DNA of 64,000 bases. It comes from Planktothrix sp. GU0601_MAG3 (GTDB taxonomy: Bacteria > Cyanobacteriota > Cyanobacteriia > Cyanobacteriales > Microcoleaceae). Shown here in pieces: positions 1 through 9,433 of this stretch. The translations under genes were made by a program, and so were the position numbers. The stretch lies in the NCBI GenBank assembly GCA_035193785.1, contig CP136572.1:320001-384000 (forward strand), read 5' to 3'. The notes under the pieces are model-generated. The model had not been told where the DNA came from. It saw only the letters and a list, made by a program, of their open reading frames with translations, and ran no database searches. Position 1 is the stretch's first letter, and each line of letters begins with the position of its first letter.

Positions 1-151
1 ATCTTTCTCTTAAGTACGGCTATTTCCCGTTTTTTATTCGTTAAAACCGAATTCATTCCGGCGGCCGATTTACTATCCTTAGAATCATCAAGGCTGTAGT
101 CGAGCCTATGTCAACATTGTATCAAACAATTTGTCAATGGAGGTAAAGATT

Positions 152-587
152 ATGCAGTTAGTTCGTTGGCAACCCTTTGAAGAAATTGATTCTCTACAAC
201 GAGAAATGAATCGTCTGTTTGATAGTTTAGTCCTGCCTTCGGAAAAGGCGGGGATGTCACTGTTTCCTGCGGCTGAACTCGAAGAAACCCCGGAAGCGAT
301 TATCCTAAAACTGGAAGTTTCCTGGGGTGAGTCCAGAGGAATTGGATGTCCAAGTTAGTCTTGATGGGGTGGCAATTACGGGAGAACGTAAATCAACCAA
401 CCATACGGAAGAAAAAGGAGTCAGTCGCAGTGAATTCCGCTATGGAAAATTCCGCCGAGTGATTCCCCTTCCGAATCGGATTCAAAACACCCAAGCTCAG
501 GCTGAATATAAAGACGGGATTCTCAGCCTCACCTTACCGAAAGCGGAAGAAGAAAAAAACAAAGTGGTTAAAATAGCAATCGGTTAG
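152..587 (+). CDS. hspA: Small heat-shock protein (Hsp20/alpha-crystallin), one apparent frameshift at ~316
   Basis: MQLVRWQPFEEIDSLQREMNRLFD N-terminus and EFRYGKFRRVIPLP...YKDGILSLTLPK C-terminus; ORFs 131..358 and 327..587 join on removing one T from GAAGTTTCCT. Confidence 0.9.
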
Positions 588-676
588 GAATGGGCAATTG
601 AATCGACCTTTCCTCAAGGAATGCTGAGGAAAAGTGGTGTTAGTTCTCGTCGAATTTTAATGAAAGTTCGACTATA

Positions 677-2044
677 ATGGGGAAGGAGAAAGGCGGATTT
701 ATGACAATATTTCCGCTTTTCTTCTTGGAGATTTTCCTGTTAAAATTGAGGATAGTTGCCTTGAATATCAACGAATCAAAACCTCAGCCTAAGGCTGAAA
801 ATGATATAATTGAGAGTGAGTCTATGGAGAAGATACAGCCTAAAACTCTTACTATTAATTCTATCATTAGTTATCTTTTAGTTGCGGTTTTAAGTGTAGG
901 CTTAACCTTAGTCAGCATACAGATTTTTCCTAATTCTTTAAGAAATTCTGCCCAAGCTGAATCAATTCAAACCCAAACTCAACCTGCAACAGTTGCCACC
1001 ATTCCTAACCCTAATACCTTCGGGAATTTTGTCTCAGTGGCGGTGAATCGGGTCGGGCCAGCCGTAGTTAGAATTGACACAGAACGTACCATTTCTGCTA
1101 ATATTCCTGATCCTTTTTTTGATGATCCTTTTTTCCGCCGTTTCTTTGGGGAAGGAGTACCCCAAGCTCCCCAAGAATATCAACAACGGGGACAAGGTTC
1201 GGGATTTATTATTGATAGTGGTGGGATTATTTTAACCAATTCCCACGTTATTAAAGGTGCCGATAAAGTTACCGTTACCCTCAAAGATGGTCGTCAATTT
1301 CAAGGAGAAGTTCGTGGTAGTGATGACCTCTCGGATTTGGCTGTAATTAAAATTAATGGTAGTAATTTACCCGTTGCTCCTTTGGGGAATTCCAGTCAAG
1401 TTCAAGTAGGGGATTGGGCGATTGCTTTAGGAAATCCGTTAGGATTAGATAATACCGTTACCCTGGGAATTGTTAGTACCTTAAATCGTCCCAGTTCTCA
1501 AGTCGGAATTACCGATAAACGATTAGATTTTATTCAAACCGATGCGGCCATTAATCCTGGTAATTCTGGGGGGCCATTATTAAATGATCGTGGGGAGGTG
1601 ATTGGGATTAATACTGCGATTCGCGCCGATGGTCAAGGGATTGGTTTTGCTATTCCTATTGATGCCGCCAAAGCCATTGAAGCCGCTTTAGTTAGGGGGG
1701 AAAAAATTGCCCATCCCTATATTGGGATTCGCATGGCAAACTTAACGGCAGATATAGCAAAACAACTGAATAGTGACCCTAATGCCTTAATGTTAATTCC
1801 TGAATTTAATGGGGTATTAGTGGTACAAATTATGCCGAATAGTCCGGCGGCTAATGCGGGTTTACGTCGAGGAGATGTGATTACGGAAATCGATGGAAAA
1901 GCAATTATTAGTGCTGACCAATTGCAGCGTTTGGTGGAAAAAAGCAAAATTGGTCAACCCCTAAAAATTACTCTCCATCGCGGACAAAAAACTGAACAAA
2001 TTTCTGTGCGTCCGGGTCAACTCGATGAGACCGCCCTGCGTTAA
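677..2044 (+). CDS. hhoA: HtrA/Deg family serine protease with PDZ domain (true start may be downstream)
   Basis: GSGFII, TNSHV, DLAV, QTDAAINPGNSGGPL trypsin-like motifs, N-terminal TM segment, C-terminal PDZ. Confidence 0.9.
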   Translation: MGKEKGGFMTIFPLFFLEIFLLKLRIVALNINESKPQPKAENDIIESESMEKIQPKTLTINSIISYLLVAVLSVGLTLVSIQIFPNSLRNSAQAESIQTQTQPATVATIPNPNTFGNFVSVAVNRVGPAVVRIDTERTISANIPDPFFDDPFFRRFFGEGVPQAPQEYQQRGQGSGFIIDSGGIILTNSHVIKGADKVTVTLKDGRQFQGEVRGSDDLSDLAVIKINGSNLPVAPLGNSSQVQVGDWAIALGNPLGLDNTVTLGIVSTLNRPSSQVGITDKRLDFIQTDAAINPGNSGGPLLNDRGEVIGINTAIRADGQGIGFAIPIDAAKAIEAALVRGEKIAHPYIGIRMANLTADIAKQLNSDPNALMLIPEFNGVLVVQIMPNSPAANAGLRRGDVITEIDGKAIISADQLQRLVEKSKIGQPLKITLHRGQKTEQISVRPGQLDETALR

Positions 2045-2070
2045 GGGTTGTGGCTTTTCTCTAACAGAAA

Positions 2071-2112
2071 AAATGCACTCTTTCTGAATAAAATTGAAGG
2101 AAGGGTGCATTT
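2071..2112 (+). terminator. Hairpin after hhoA, probable terminator
   Basis: AAATGCAC...GTGCATTT inverted repeat 27 nt after the stop codon. Confidence 0.5.
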
Positions 2113-2339
2113 GTCAGGAGAAAACTTTAAAATATTTTTTGATTAGCAAACTTCGTGTTCCTATTATAATCAATTTATTTGGTATTGGGCAACAAAGATA
2201 TCTCATCAGACAGATGTAAAAGCAAAGATTGAGATTAGTAACAGAGACAGAGCAAAAAATGTATAATTAATATGTAAGATTAGCATAATATAATTTGATA
2301 TTAACTAGATTTAGTGTTAGGATCAAAAAGAGTAGTGAA

Positions 2340-2429
2340 ATCGTTCATCTCTTGGTAGTCTTTGATTCTCGCATACCAAAATGACTGCTAAAAGACGGAA
2401 GTAGGGACTTCTCCCGAAGGAAACGCGCC
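2340..2429 (+). promoter_or_regulatory. Glutamine riboswitch (glnA RNA motif)
   Basis: ATCGTTCATCT-[stem TGGTAGTC/GACTGCTA]-AGACGGAAGTAGGGA-CTTC-TCCCGAAGGA(A)ACGCGCC matches the glnA motif layout (P1 CGTTC/GAACG, E-loop GGAAGTA/GAA); lies 5' of an AGGAGG RBS. Confidence 0.85.
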
Positions 2430-2466
2430 TGTCTTCACTGCGAGTTGAAACAGGAGGCGAACAACC

Positions 2467-2646
2467 ATGACTTTAAGCAAAGAAAGTGTCCGCGAAACTT
2501 CTTCTTCGGATATTCCGACTAGCGAAGCTTTCGATTTCGATTTGTGGGCGACAAAAGTGAAACGTCAGCTTGTGGCGGCATTAAATCACCAAGTAGCTCC
2601 CGAACTTTCTCAGAACGACGCTCAAAAAACCTCCTCCGAATTATAA
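2467..2646 (+). CDS. 59-aa small protein downstream of the riboswitch (not in ORF track)
   Basis: MTLSKESVRETSSSDIPTSEAFDFDLWATKVKRQLVAALNHQVAPELSQNDAQKTSSEL*, AGGAGG at 2452-2457. Confidence 0.75.
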   Translation: MTLSKESVRETSSSDIPTSEAFDFDLWATKVKRQLVAALNHQVAPELSQNDAQKTSSEL

Positions 2647-2770
2647 GGAAATTGGGTTTGAAGAAAACGGTTAATCTCAATTTATTGAGTTTTATACTAT
2701 TTTCTATTCGATAAATATTATTTGTGGGGGTGGCTAATGAGTCGCCCTTACCTGTTTTAAAACTGGCTAT

Positions 2771-2846
2771 GTTCCTATTCCCTGTTCCCTGTTCCCTGTT
2801 CCCTGTTCCCTGTTCCCTGTTCCCTGTTCCCTGTTCCCTGTTCCCT
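2771..2846. repeat. Heptamer tandem repeat (GTTCCCT)n, STRR type
   Basis: About 11 direct copies between convergent genes. Confidence 0.95.
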
Positions 2847-2852
2847 ACTATA

Positions 2853-3750
2853 TCAAGTTAAAAATTGTTGTACCGTTTCCCAATATTCTTCGCCCCCAAC
2901 CTGTCTAACATTATTATGACCCGCACCCGCAACAATTAAAAGCTGTTTCGGTTTCTATGGCGGCGTTAAACAGGTCTTCGCTCATGGTTTTAGGAATTAA
3001 CTCATCTTCGGTTCCATGGGTGAATAATATCGGCATTTTTAAAGTAGGAATTTTAGCTAAGGAGTCAAATTTTTGAGTTAGAATCAAATTAATTGGAAAC
3101 ATCCAATATTTCTTTTTATAATCAATCATTTCTCGAACATTAGTAAAAGAACTTTCAATAATTAATCCAGAAATTTCAGGATGTTTGTAGGCTAGATCAA
3201 TGGCGATTGCTCCTCCTAATGAATGTCCAAAAACATAAATATTATGGGGATTAATTCGTCGTTCATTTACTAAATAATTCCAGGCAGTTTCAACATCTTC
3301 ACAGACTATTTTTTCCGAGGGAAAGCGGTTTGTACTGAGTCCATAGCCCCGATATTCTACTAATAAAACCGATAGCCCCATTTGATGAAATTGTTCTGCA
3401 TATCCGATATTTCCCCCGATGGTATTGCGGTTTCCATGTAAATCAATAATCACTTTTTGATGAGGATTAGTTTCTGAAGGAATCCACCAACAATGTATCA
3501 TTTCTATTTTTCCTGAAGGAGTGGGAATTGTTAACTCGATATCTTGATAGGATAAACCCATATCATCCGGGGTAATAGTAATTAAACGAGAGGGGAAAAA
3601 AATAAAGCGGGTTTGTCGTAAAAACAGGAATAGACAAGCACAGAAATAAGCGATCACGCCCACCCCTAAAACGATTAATCCCACTTTAACTAGAATCATT
3701 AAAATCAGATTTGGCATCATTTTAATCTCTCCTGATTTCGATAAAACCAC
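2853..3750 (-). CDS. Alpha/beta hydrolase (ABHD17/Bem46-like), apparent frameshift at ~2950
   Basis: LHGN, EYRGYG, GHSLGG nucleophile, HGTED; corrected tail EPKQLLIVAGAGHNN supplies the catalytic His. Confidence 0.88.
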
Positions 3751-3986
3751 CTTTTTTAATCTTTGTATCTCTTAAATCAGTTAAGTCAAAAAGAGAAAAA
3801 ATGGTTTTTGCACACAACCCTATTCTTTTCAGTGGGGATCAAGCAATTTCCGCTTAATTTCGCAAGAATTTTGAACAACCCATTTCCACCCCATCCCATG
3901 AAATTAGGGGGGATCAATTATTAATCACCCAACGGCGAAATAGTCCCACAATAAAAAGTTAAGTGCGATCGCACCGATCACTAAAA

Positions 3987-4244
3987 TCAATCGCCGTAAT
4001 GGGTTTTTGTTCTAATTATCAAGACCACTTTATCGGCTTCTAAAATTTCATAAACAATTCGATCCTTCCGGTTGAGTCGATAAGAATATGATCCCTCTAG
4101 TTTACCTTTAAGGGATTTTCCGAGATAAGGATTTTTAGAGATAACATCTTGCAATATTTTCTTTAACTTTGCCTTTTGCCCAGAGGTCAGTTTCTCAATA
4201 TCTTTTTGAGCAGATTTAGAAAATAAGATTTGATAATCTGCCAT
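3987..4244 (-). CDS. RelE/ParE-family toxin
   Basis: MADYQILFSKSAQKDIEKL...LKGKLEGSYSYRLNRKDRIVYEI, RelE/YoeB-like. Confidence 0.85.
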   Translation of the reverse strand: MADYQILFSKSAQKDIEKLTSGQKAKLKKILQDVISKNPYLGKSLKGKLEGSYSYRLNRKDRIVYEILEADKVVLIIRTKTHYGD

Positions 4245-4248
4245 AGTT

Positions 4249-4501
4249 TTAATCCAGAAGTTGATCCATTGTGAACACTTCGCCCTGTTGATATTCTTGA
4301 CGAGAGGCTTCAATATCAGCAATTAAAGTTTTATCTTGAAGGAGTTCGGCGGTTTCTATCCAGCTTTCTAATTCTTCCTGACTGATGAGAATAAAACTTT
4401 TATTTTCCTGAACAATAACAACTCCTCCAGGTTTCGGTACTGGCTTTTTCTAAAACTTCACTGAAGTTGTTTTTAGCATATTCTCCTGTAACATGATACA
4501 T
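4249..4501 (-). CDS. Phd/YefM-family antitoxin, apparent frameshift at ~4430 (not in ORF track)
   Basis: MYHVTGEYAKNNFSEVLEKASTE-PGGVVIVQENKSFILISQEELESWIETAELLQDKTLIADIEASRQEYQQGEVFTMDQLLD*, stop 4 nt before the toxin ATG. Confidence 0.8.
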
Positions 4502-4619
4502 GGTTTAACCTCTTTGTTAAGTTCATAAATAACGGAAACCGATATTTAACAATATTATGACATACTTTAATTCTAACAAGAGATACTTTCCCCCTTTTTT
4601 TAATGGGGGTTAGGAGGGA

Positions 4620-7295
4620 TCAATTATTAATCACCCAACGGCGAAACAGTTCCACAATGATCCGCCAATGGTTATCAGTTTCTTGAATAACATCATGGCG
4701 AGACAGAGTATCAATGGCATTTTGTAGGGAATTGGGGTCTAAATTTGTAACGGTTTGTAGGGTATTAAAATCGAGTCCGGTGGGGTGGGGTGCGATCGCT
4801 TTTATAATTTGTTGTTGACCGGGTGAACCTTCCCCCGCTTGTTGCCAAACCCCGGTAAAATAATAGCGTCCATTCTGATAGAATTCGGGTTGATTAATAA
4901 TCCCATTAACATCAGTAATAGTAAACATGGGATCTCGGTTATTTCCTAGTTCAAACACTTGATCATTATAGCGACGAACTAATAGAAAACCGATCAGTTG
5001 CACTAAATAGGGTTGTCCGGCGGTTAAATCATAGATATAATCAAGAGCATCGGGTTTATAATCGAGGGGGAAATCTTCACCGGGGTTAGCGAGAAGATAG
5101 CGACAGGTTGCCCGTTCTAAAAAGCTAACGCGGATGGGAATAATACTAGCAAAAAACGGGTTAAAATAGTCTTCGGTCATTTCTTCGAGGGTGTGGAGTC
5201 CGGCTAAAGCAAAGGCTATTTTAGGACTCATTTGCACCATTCCCCGCAATACGCCCATAAAGTCTTTGGGAATGCGATCGCTTTTTATTAATTCTTCGAT
5301 TTGTTCAAATTCATCAAGGGCAATAATTAATCCAGTATCGCCTAATTGGGTTTCAATTTGTTTTAAATACCGTTCAAAAGTACGATAGGGAAGATTGATT
5401 AAGCTTTCATCATCGGGGGGTGGAATTTGCAGGGTGTCTGAGAGGGAATCTGCGATCGCCATTAACACTTCACCGACTCCTTGAATACTATTACCAACGG
5501 TTAGTAAGTTAATATAAGCGAGTTTTACTTTTTCATCTAAACGGGTTGAAATATTCCGCAAAATTGAGGTTTTCCCCATGCGTCGGTGTCCGAACAAAAC
5601 CACCGATTGCAGTTGAGAGGTTGAAACCCATAATTCCTCTAATTGTTTAATAATATCTTCCCGTCCGATAAACTGTTTGCCGATAACTGGATTACCAATA
5701 ATATAGGGATTGATTACTTTTTTAGTTATGGAAATCTTGCCAACTTCTTTTGTTATTCCTAATAAAGCAGATTGCCAATTTTGAGCAATATCAATAATTA
5801 AACCTCGTTCTACTTCGGGTAAAGTCTCTGATTGATCTAAAATCGCTTCAATTTCTCCTTGCGCGCGATTCAGAGCTAAGGAACGAGCAGAACGGGAGGC
5901 ACTATTTTTAATTAGTTTAACATTTTCAAAGACTTGATATAAAGCTTTGATATCTCCCCAAGTTCGTGAACGTAAATAAGGTTCTGGAGGAAGATTAGGT
6001 AATTCTAAAGTTACGATATCCTCAAAGTTTTTAACTTTTTTTAAAATCAGTAAAATTCTTGATAATATTAACATCTCTTCTCCATAGGGAAGAAAGCGTA
6101 CATGATAAAATAATTGACTAGCTTTTTCTGGTTGTCCATTAGATAAATACCAAAAACCACCTATGGCAGCATAGGGTTGAGTAATTAAAGCATCGCTTCT
6201 CTTTTTAAGTTTTAAAATAATTTCTTTTAAAAAAAGTCTGAAAGACCAATATACAAAAATATTATTTAATAAATGATTAGATAATTGACTCGTTCTAAAA
6301 AACATCTGCTCAGGAGGAATTTTATTCAGTGTTTTTCTAATAGCTTCACTGACTGGGATGAACTGGAGAGTATAGTTTAAAACTTGATCCAAATTGTATA
6401 TACCTCCTTCCCAGTCTTGCATCAGCCAACGGTGTAATAAATTATCTAAATTAAAAACTGGTATTAATGTATTGTGAGGACATGGAAAGTCAAATTTTCT
6501 AATAATAAAAGATAGATGTAAAATAAATGAATCCAATCGAAAAAATCCCACTGATAGAATTATTATATTAATCACAATAAAATCCGAAAAACTTTGAAAA
6601 CCACTAAAATATGTTAGTAGCACAGATACAGAAGAAAATGTGCAAAATAAAATAAAAATTTTGTTTATTATGTTAACAAAGATCGCATGATTATTATTAT
6701 CACTTGTTTTTTTTATTTTATCTGGGATTACCAAATATAAATCTCTATATGCAATCATCTTATTATACGTTAATAAAAATATAAACACTAGAACCTTCCA
6801 TAAATGATTTTCTATGATTTTATTATTTATGTTGTAAAAATAATTTAAAGCAAAGAATGTAAAAAACAAAGTTAAAAATGCTGATTCTACGCTAAAAGCT
6901 ATTATAAAAAATAATGATTTGTTAAAAGTAAAAAACCAGGCTGCTAAAAAAAATAATAATGAGCTAATGTAAATTAAACAACCTACATATAGATTGGGGT
7001 TTATATTGGCAATTAATAATAGCGGACATAGTAACAATATAATTAATAATTGTAATATTAACTTTTTAATCTCCTTATTTTTTGAATATTGTTTCCATTC
7101 TTCTTTAAAACTAGCTTTTTCATCAAGGACGACTGGTTGTCCCATAAATTTTTCTATATACCAACGTAAACCTTGAGGAAAGTAAAGTAACCAATACAGC
7201 AAGCGTACATAATCAAGAGGGTTTAAAAGCGATAATGGACGTTTTAGCTTAGGAGCTAAATCCAAACGAGGAACCGGCTTTTTTGCTGAACTCAT
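4620..7295 (-). CDS. Multi-TM protein with C-terminal STAND/AAA-like ATPase
   Basis: Hydrophobic N-terminal third; NPYIIGNPV..FIGRE, Walker A GHRRMGKTS, Walker B LIIALDEFE, GQPYLVQ. Confidence 0.85.
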   Translation of the reverse strand: MSSAKKPVPRLDLAPKLKRPLSLLNPLDYVRLLYWLLYFPQGLRWYIEKFMGQPVVLDEKASFKEEWKQYSKNKEIKKLILQLLIILLLCPLLLIANINPNLYVGCLIYISSLLFFLAAWFFTFNKSLFFIIAFSVESAFLTLFFTFFALNYFYNINNKIIENHLWKVLVFIFLLTYNKMIAYRDLYLVIPDKIKKTSDNNNHAIFVNIINKIFILFCTFSSVSVLLTYFSGFQSFSDFIVINIIILSVGFFRLDSFILHLSFIIRKFDFPCPHNTLIPVFNLDNLLHRWLMQDWEGGIYNLDQVLNYTLQFIPVSEAIRKTLNKIPPEQMFFRTSQLSNHLLNNIFVYWSFRLFLKEIILKLKKRSDALITQPYAAIGGFWYLSNGQPEKASQLFYHVRFLPYGEEMLILSRILLILKKVKNFEDIVTLELPNLPPEPYLRSRTWGDIKALYQVFENVKLIKNSASRSARSLALNRAQGEIEAILDQSETLPEVERGLIIDIAQNWQSALLGITKEVGKISITKKVINPYIIGNPVIGKQFIGREDIIKQLEELWVSTSQLQSVVLFGHRRMGKTSILRNISTRLDEKVKLAYINLLTVGNSIQGVGEVLMAIADSLSDTLQIPPPDDESLINLPYRTFERYLKQIETQLGDTGLIIALDEFEQIEELIKSDRIPKDFMGVLRGMVQMSPKIAFALAGLHTLEEMTEDYFNPFFASIIPIRVSFLERATCRYLLANPGEDFPLDYKPDALDYIYDLTAGQPYLVQLIGFLLVRRYNDQVFELGNNRDPMFTITDVNGIINQPEFYQNGRYYFTGVWQQAGEGSPGQQQIIKAIAPHPTGLDFNTLQTVTNLDPNSLQNAIDTLSRHDVIQETDNHWRIIVELFRRWVINN

Positions 7296-8438
7296 GATAA
7301 TTCCCCCAAGTAACGGTTAAACAGTTGATAACATAACTTCATTAATTTTTGAGGATGGCCTTCACTGTGATTAATTAACTCGGTAATTTCATCTTCAGTA
7401 AAGATAATAGTTTTATATTCTGGTTTCAATAGAGGTGAATTTAGACGACTCGCAATAAAATCACGGATCGTTTGTTTCATCCCATCGGTTTAACTGATAT
7501 TCGCTACAAAGTCCCCACCAGGGCGAAGTCATCCTAATACCTTGACTACCAAATAATTGATCTAAAGACGTGCAAGCTGCAACAACTAGCTTCAGGACTG
7601 CATTATTTCCTTCTGCTAACCCTCGCAAGTCTGCGTGAATATAATTAGTAAAACCGTCCCAGGTCATTTTTTCTACTTCATCCAGAATTAATAACAATCG
7701 ATGATCTTTTAAATTTCGTTTAAGGTAAATACCTGTACAAGTTGTAATTCCAACAGAATCACATAACTCTTGATAAAACTGATCTTGATCATGAATATTT
7801 TGTAAATTAAGATAAATTGGTTCACGAGGTTGTAGCAGTTGAGTTTGAGCTTGTCTGCTAATTTCCATTAATAGCGAAGATTTGCCGATTTGCCTTTCTC
7901 CAATAATTGCAATGCTGCTACCACTATTGAGAGTTTCAAATATTCTTTGAATTTCCTGTGTTCTCCCAAAGAAGAATTGCTCATTATTTATACTTCCATT
8001 GAGAGGTATAAAAGGGTTGTCTACCAGATCACTTTCTATTGAACTATTATTAAATATAGGTTCAGTTTGAATTTGACTGCTATGTTTTCTAGTTGTATAT
8101 TGTTGGTCTAGCCAGTCTAAAACCACTGTAAACTTACCATCACCTGGATTGAGAGCAGCAATCTGAGAACAGATTTTCTCTAATTTATTATAAATTCCTG
8201 TTTTCTGCTTTTTATAATTATTGAGTGAATTTGCTATATCACATCCATAAACTATGTCTGCAATTTGCTGATCATTTTTATTTAAGTTATTTTTTGAAAA
8301 TCTAACTAAAAAAATTTCTATTTCTTTAGCAGAAAGTTGAGTATCAACAGCAACTATTTTTAAAAAATCATCCCACGATAACCCATTCTCCATTAGTTTA
8401 GACAATTTATCAACAACCTGAGTATAGCAGAGATTCAA
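7292..8438 (-). CDS. Soluble STAND/AAA-like ATPase, apparent frameshift at ~7473
   Basis: NPF..FFGR, Walker A GERQIGKSS, Walker B LLILDEVE, GHPQKL in the 7292..7480 piece; ATGA overlap with next gene. Confidence 0.82.
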
Positions 8439-8591
8439 TATGAAGACTTGGGTAGAAAAATTTTTCTACCCTTGCTTCGTTAGTTTCTACTAACAGGGGG
8501 AAGTTATTGGGGACTGACAAAGTTATGGGAGATGGCTTAAGTTAATTTTATCGAGCAATCAAGATACTGACTTCAGGAGTAAAATAAGATT

Positions 8592-9287
8592 ATGAAAAAT
8601 CAATTTTGGTCTGAAAACCCCCTTCCTTCATATTTTGGTAAACCAACTGGACGCAATGGAATGAAGGGAATTGAGGATCAACGGGGAAATTTTCAACCTA
8701 GCGTTACCCATATTACTGAAGAAACGCGATCGCCTGCTGAAAGAGCAATATTTAGGAATTGGCAGAAAAAACAGACATCAGAATCAAGAGAAGTGACTAA
8801 TTTAGCTTGTCAAATTGGCAAACGGGGACATAAACAAATTGAATATTATTTTAACGGTGATCCTACTCCCTGTCCGGTGATTCTTAAACGCCATTGGGAA
8901 CATCTGGAACCCGTTTTAAAGGAAATTCATAATATTAGATTATTAGAAAGTTATCTTTTCCACCATTATCAAGGATATGGCGGACGGGGTGACTGTGTTG
9001 GACGGTTAAATGATTATCAAGAAAGCGTGATTGAATTTAAGTTTTCTAACTCTGCTAAACCGACAGTTTACCCCGAACAAAAATTACAGGTTGCCGCTTA
9101 TATTGCAGCGTTAAATCGGCAATATGGTCAACCCTATGGCGTTAATATTAATCACGGGATTATTATTACTGCAACTCCCTATGAAGTTAATATTACACCA
9201 ATTGAAGCTCAGGAAGTGATGGAATATTGGGAAAAGTGGAAAGTAAGAGTCGGTCAATTTTGGTCACAAGAACAAAATATTGCTTAG
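8592..9287 (+). CDS. PD-(D/E)XK-superfamily exonuclease-like protein
   Basis: PSVTHI, RGHKQIE, GYGGRGD, VIEFK, LQVAAY motifs typical of RecB/lambda-exonuclease-like nucleases. Confidence 0.75.
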   Translation: MKNQFWSENPLPSYFGKPTGRNGMKGIEDQRGNFQPSVTHITEETRSPAERAIFRNWQKKQTSESREVTNLACQIGKRGHKQIEYYFNGDPTPCPVILKRHWEHLEPVLKEIHNIRLLESYLFHHYQGYGGRGDCVGRLNDYQESVIEFKFSNSAKPTVYPEQKLQVAAYIAALNRQYGQPYGVNINHGIIITATPYEVNITPIEAQEVMEYWEKWKVRVGQFWSQEQNIA

Positions 9288-9433
9288 TGATATTGTTGAT
9301 AATATCCTAATGCCTCCTATTTCACCAACTTTTAATCCAGTCACCCCTTTAGACGTACAATAGAAGAAATGAACCTAAACACAAATGAGGGGAAATAATT
9401 GTCAGAACTTCCTGACATTTCCCTTCTTTTGTC

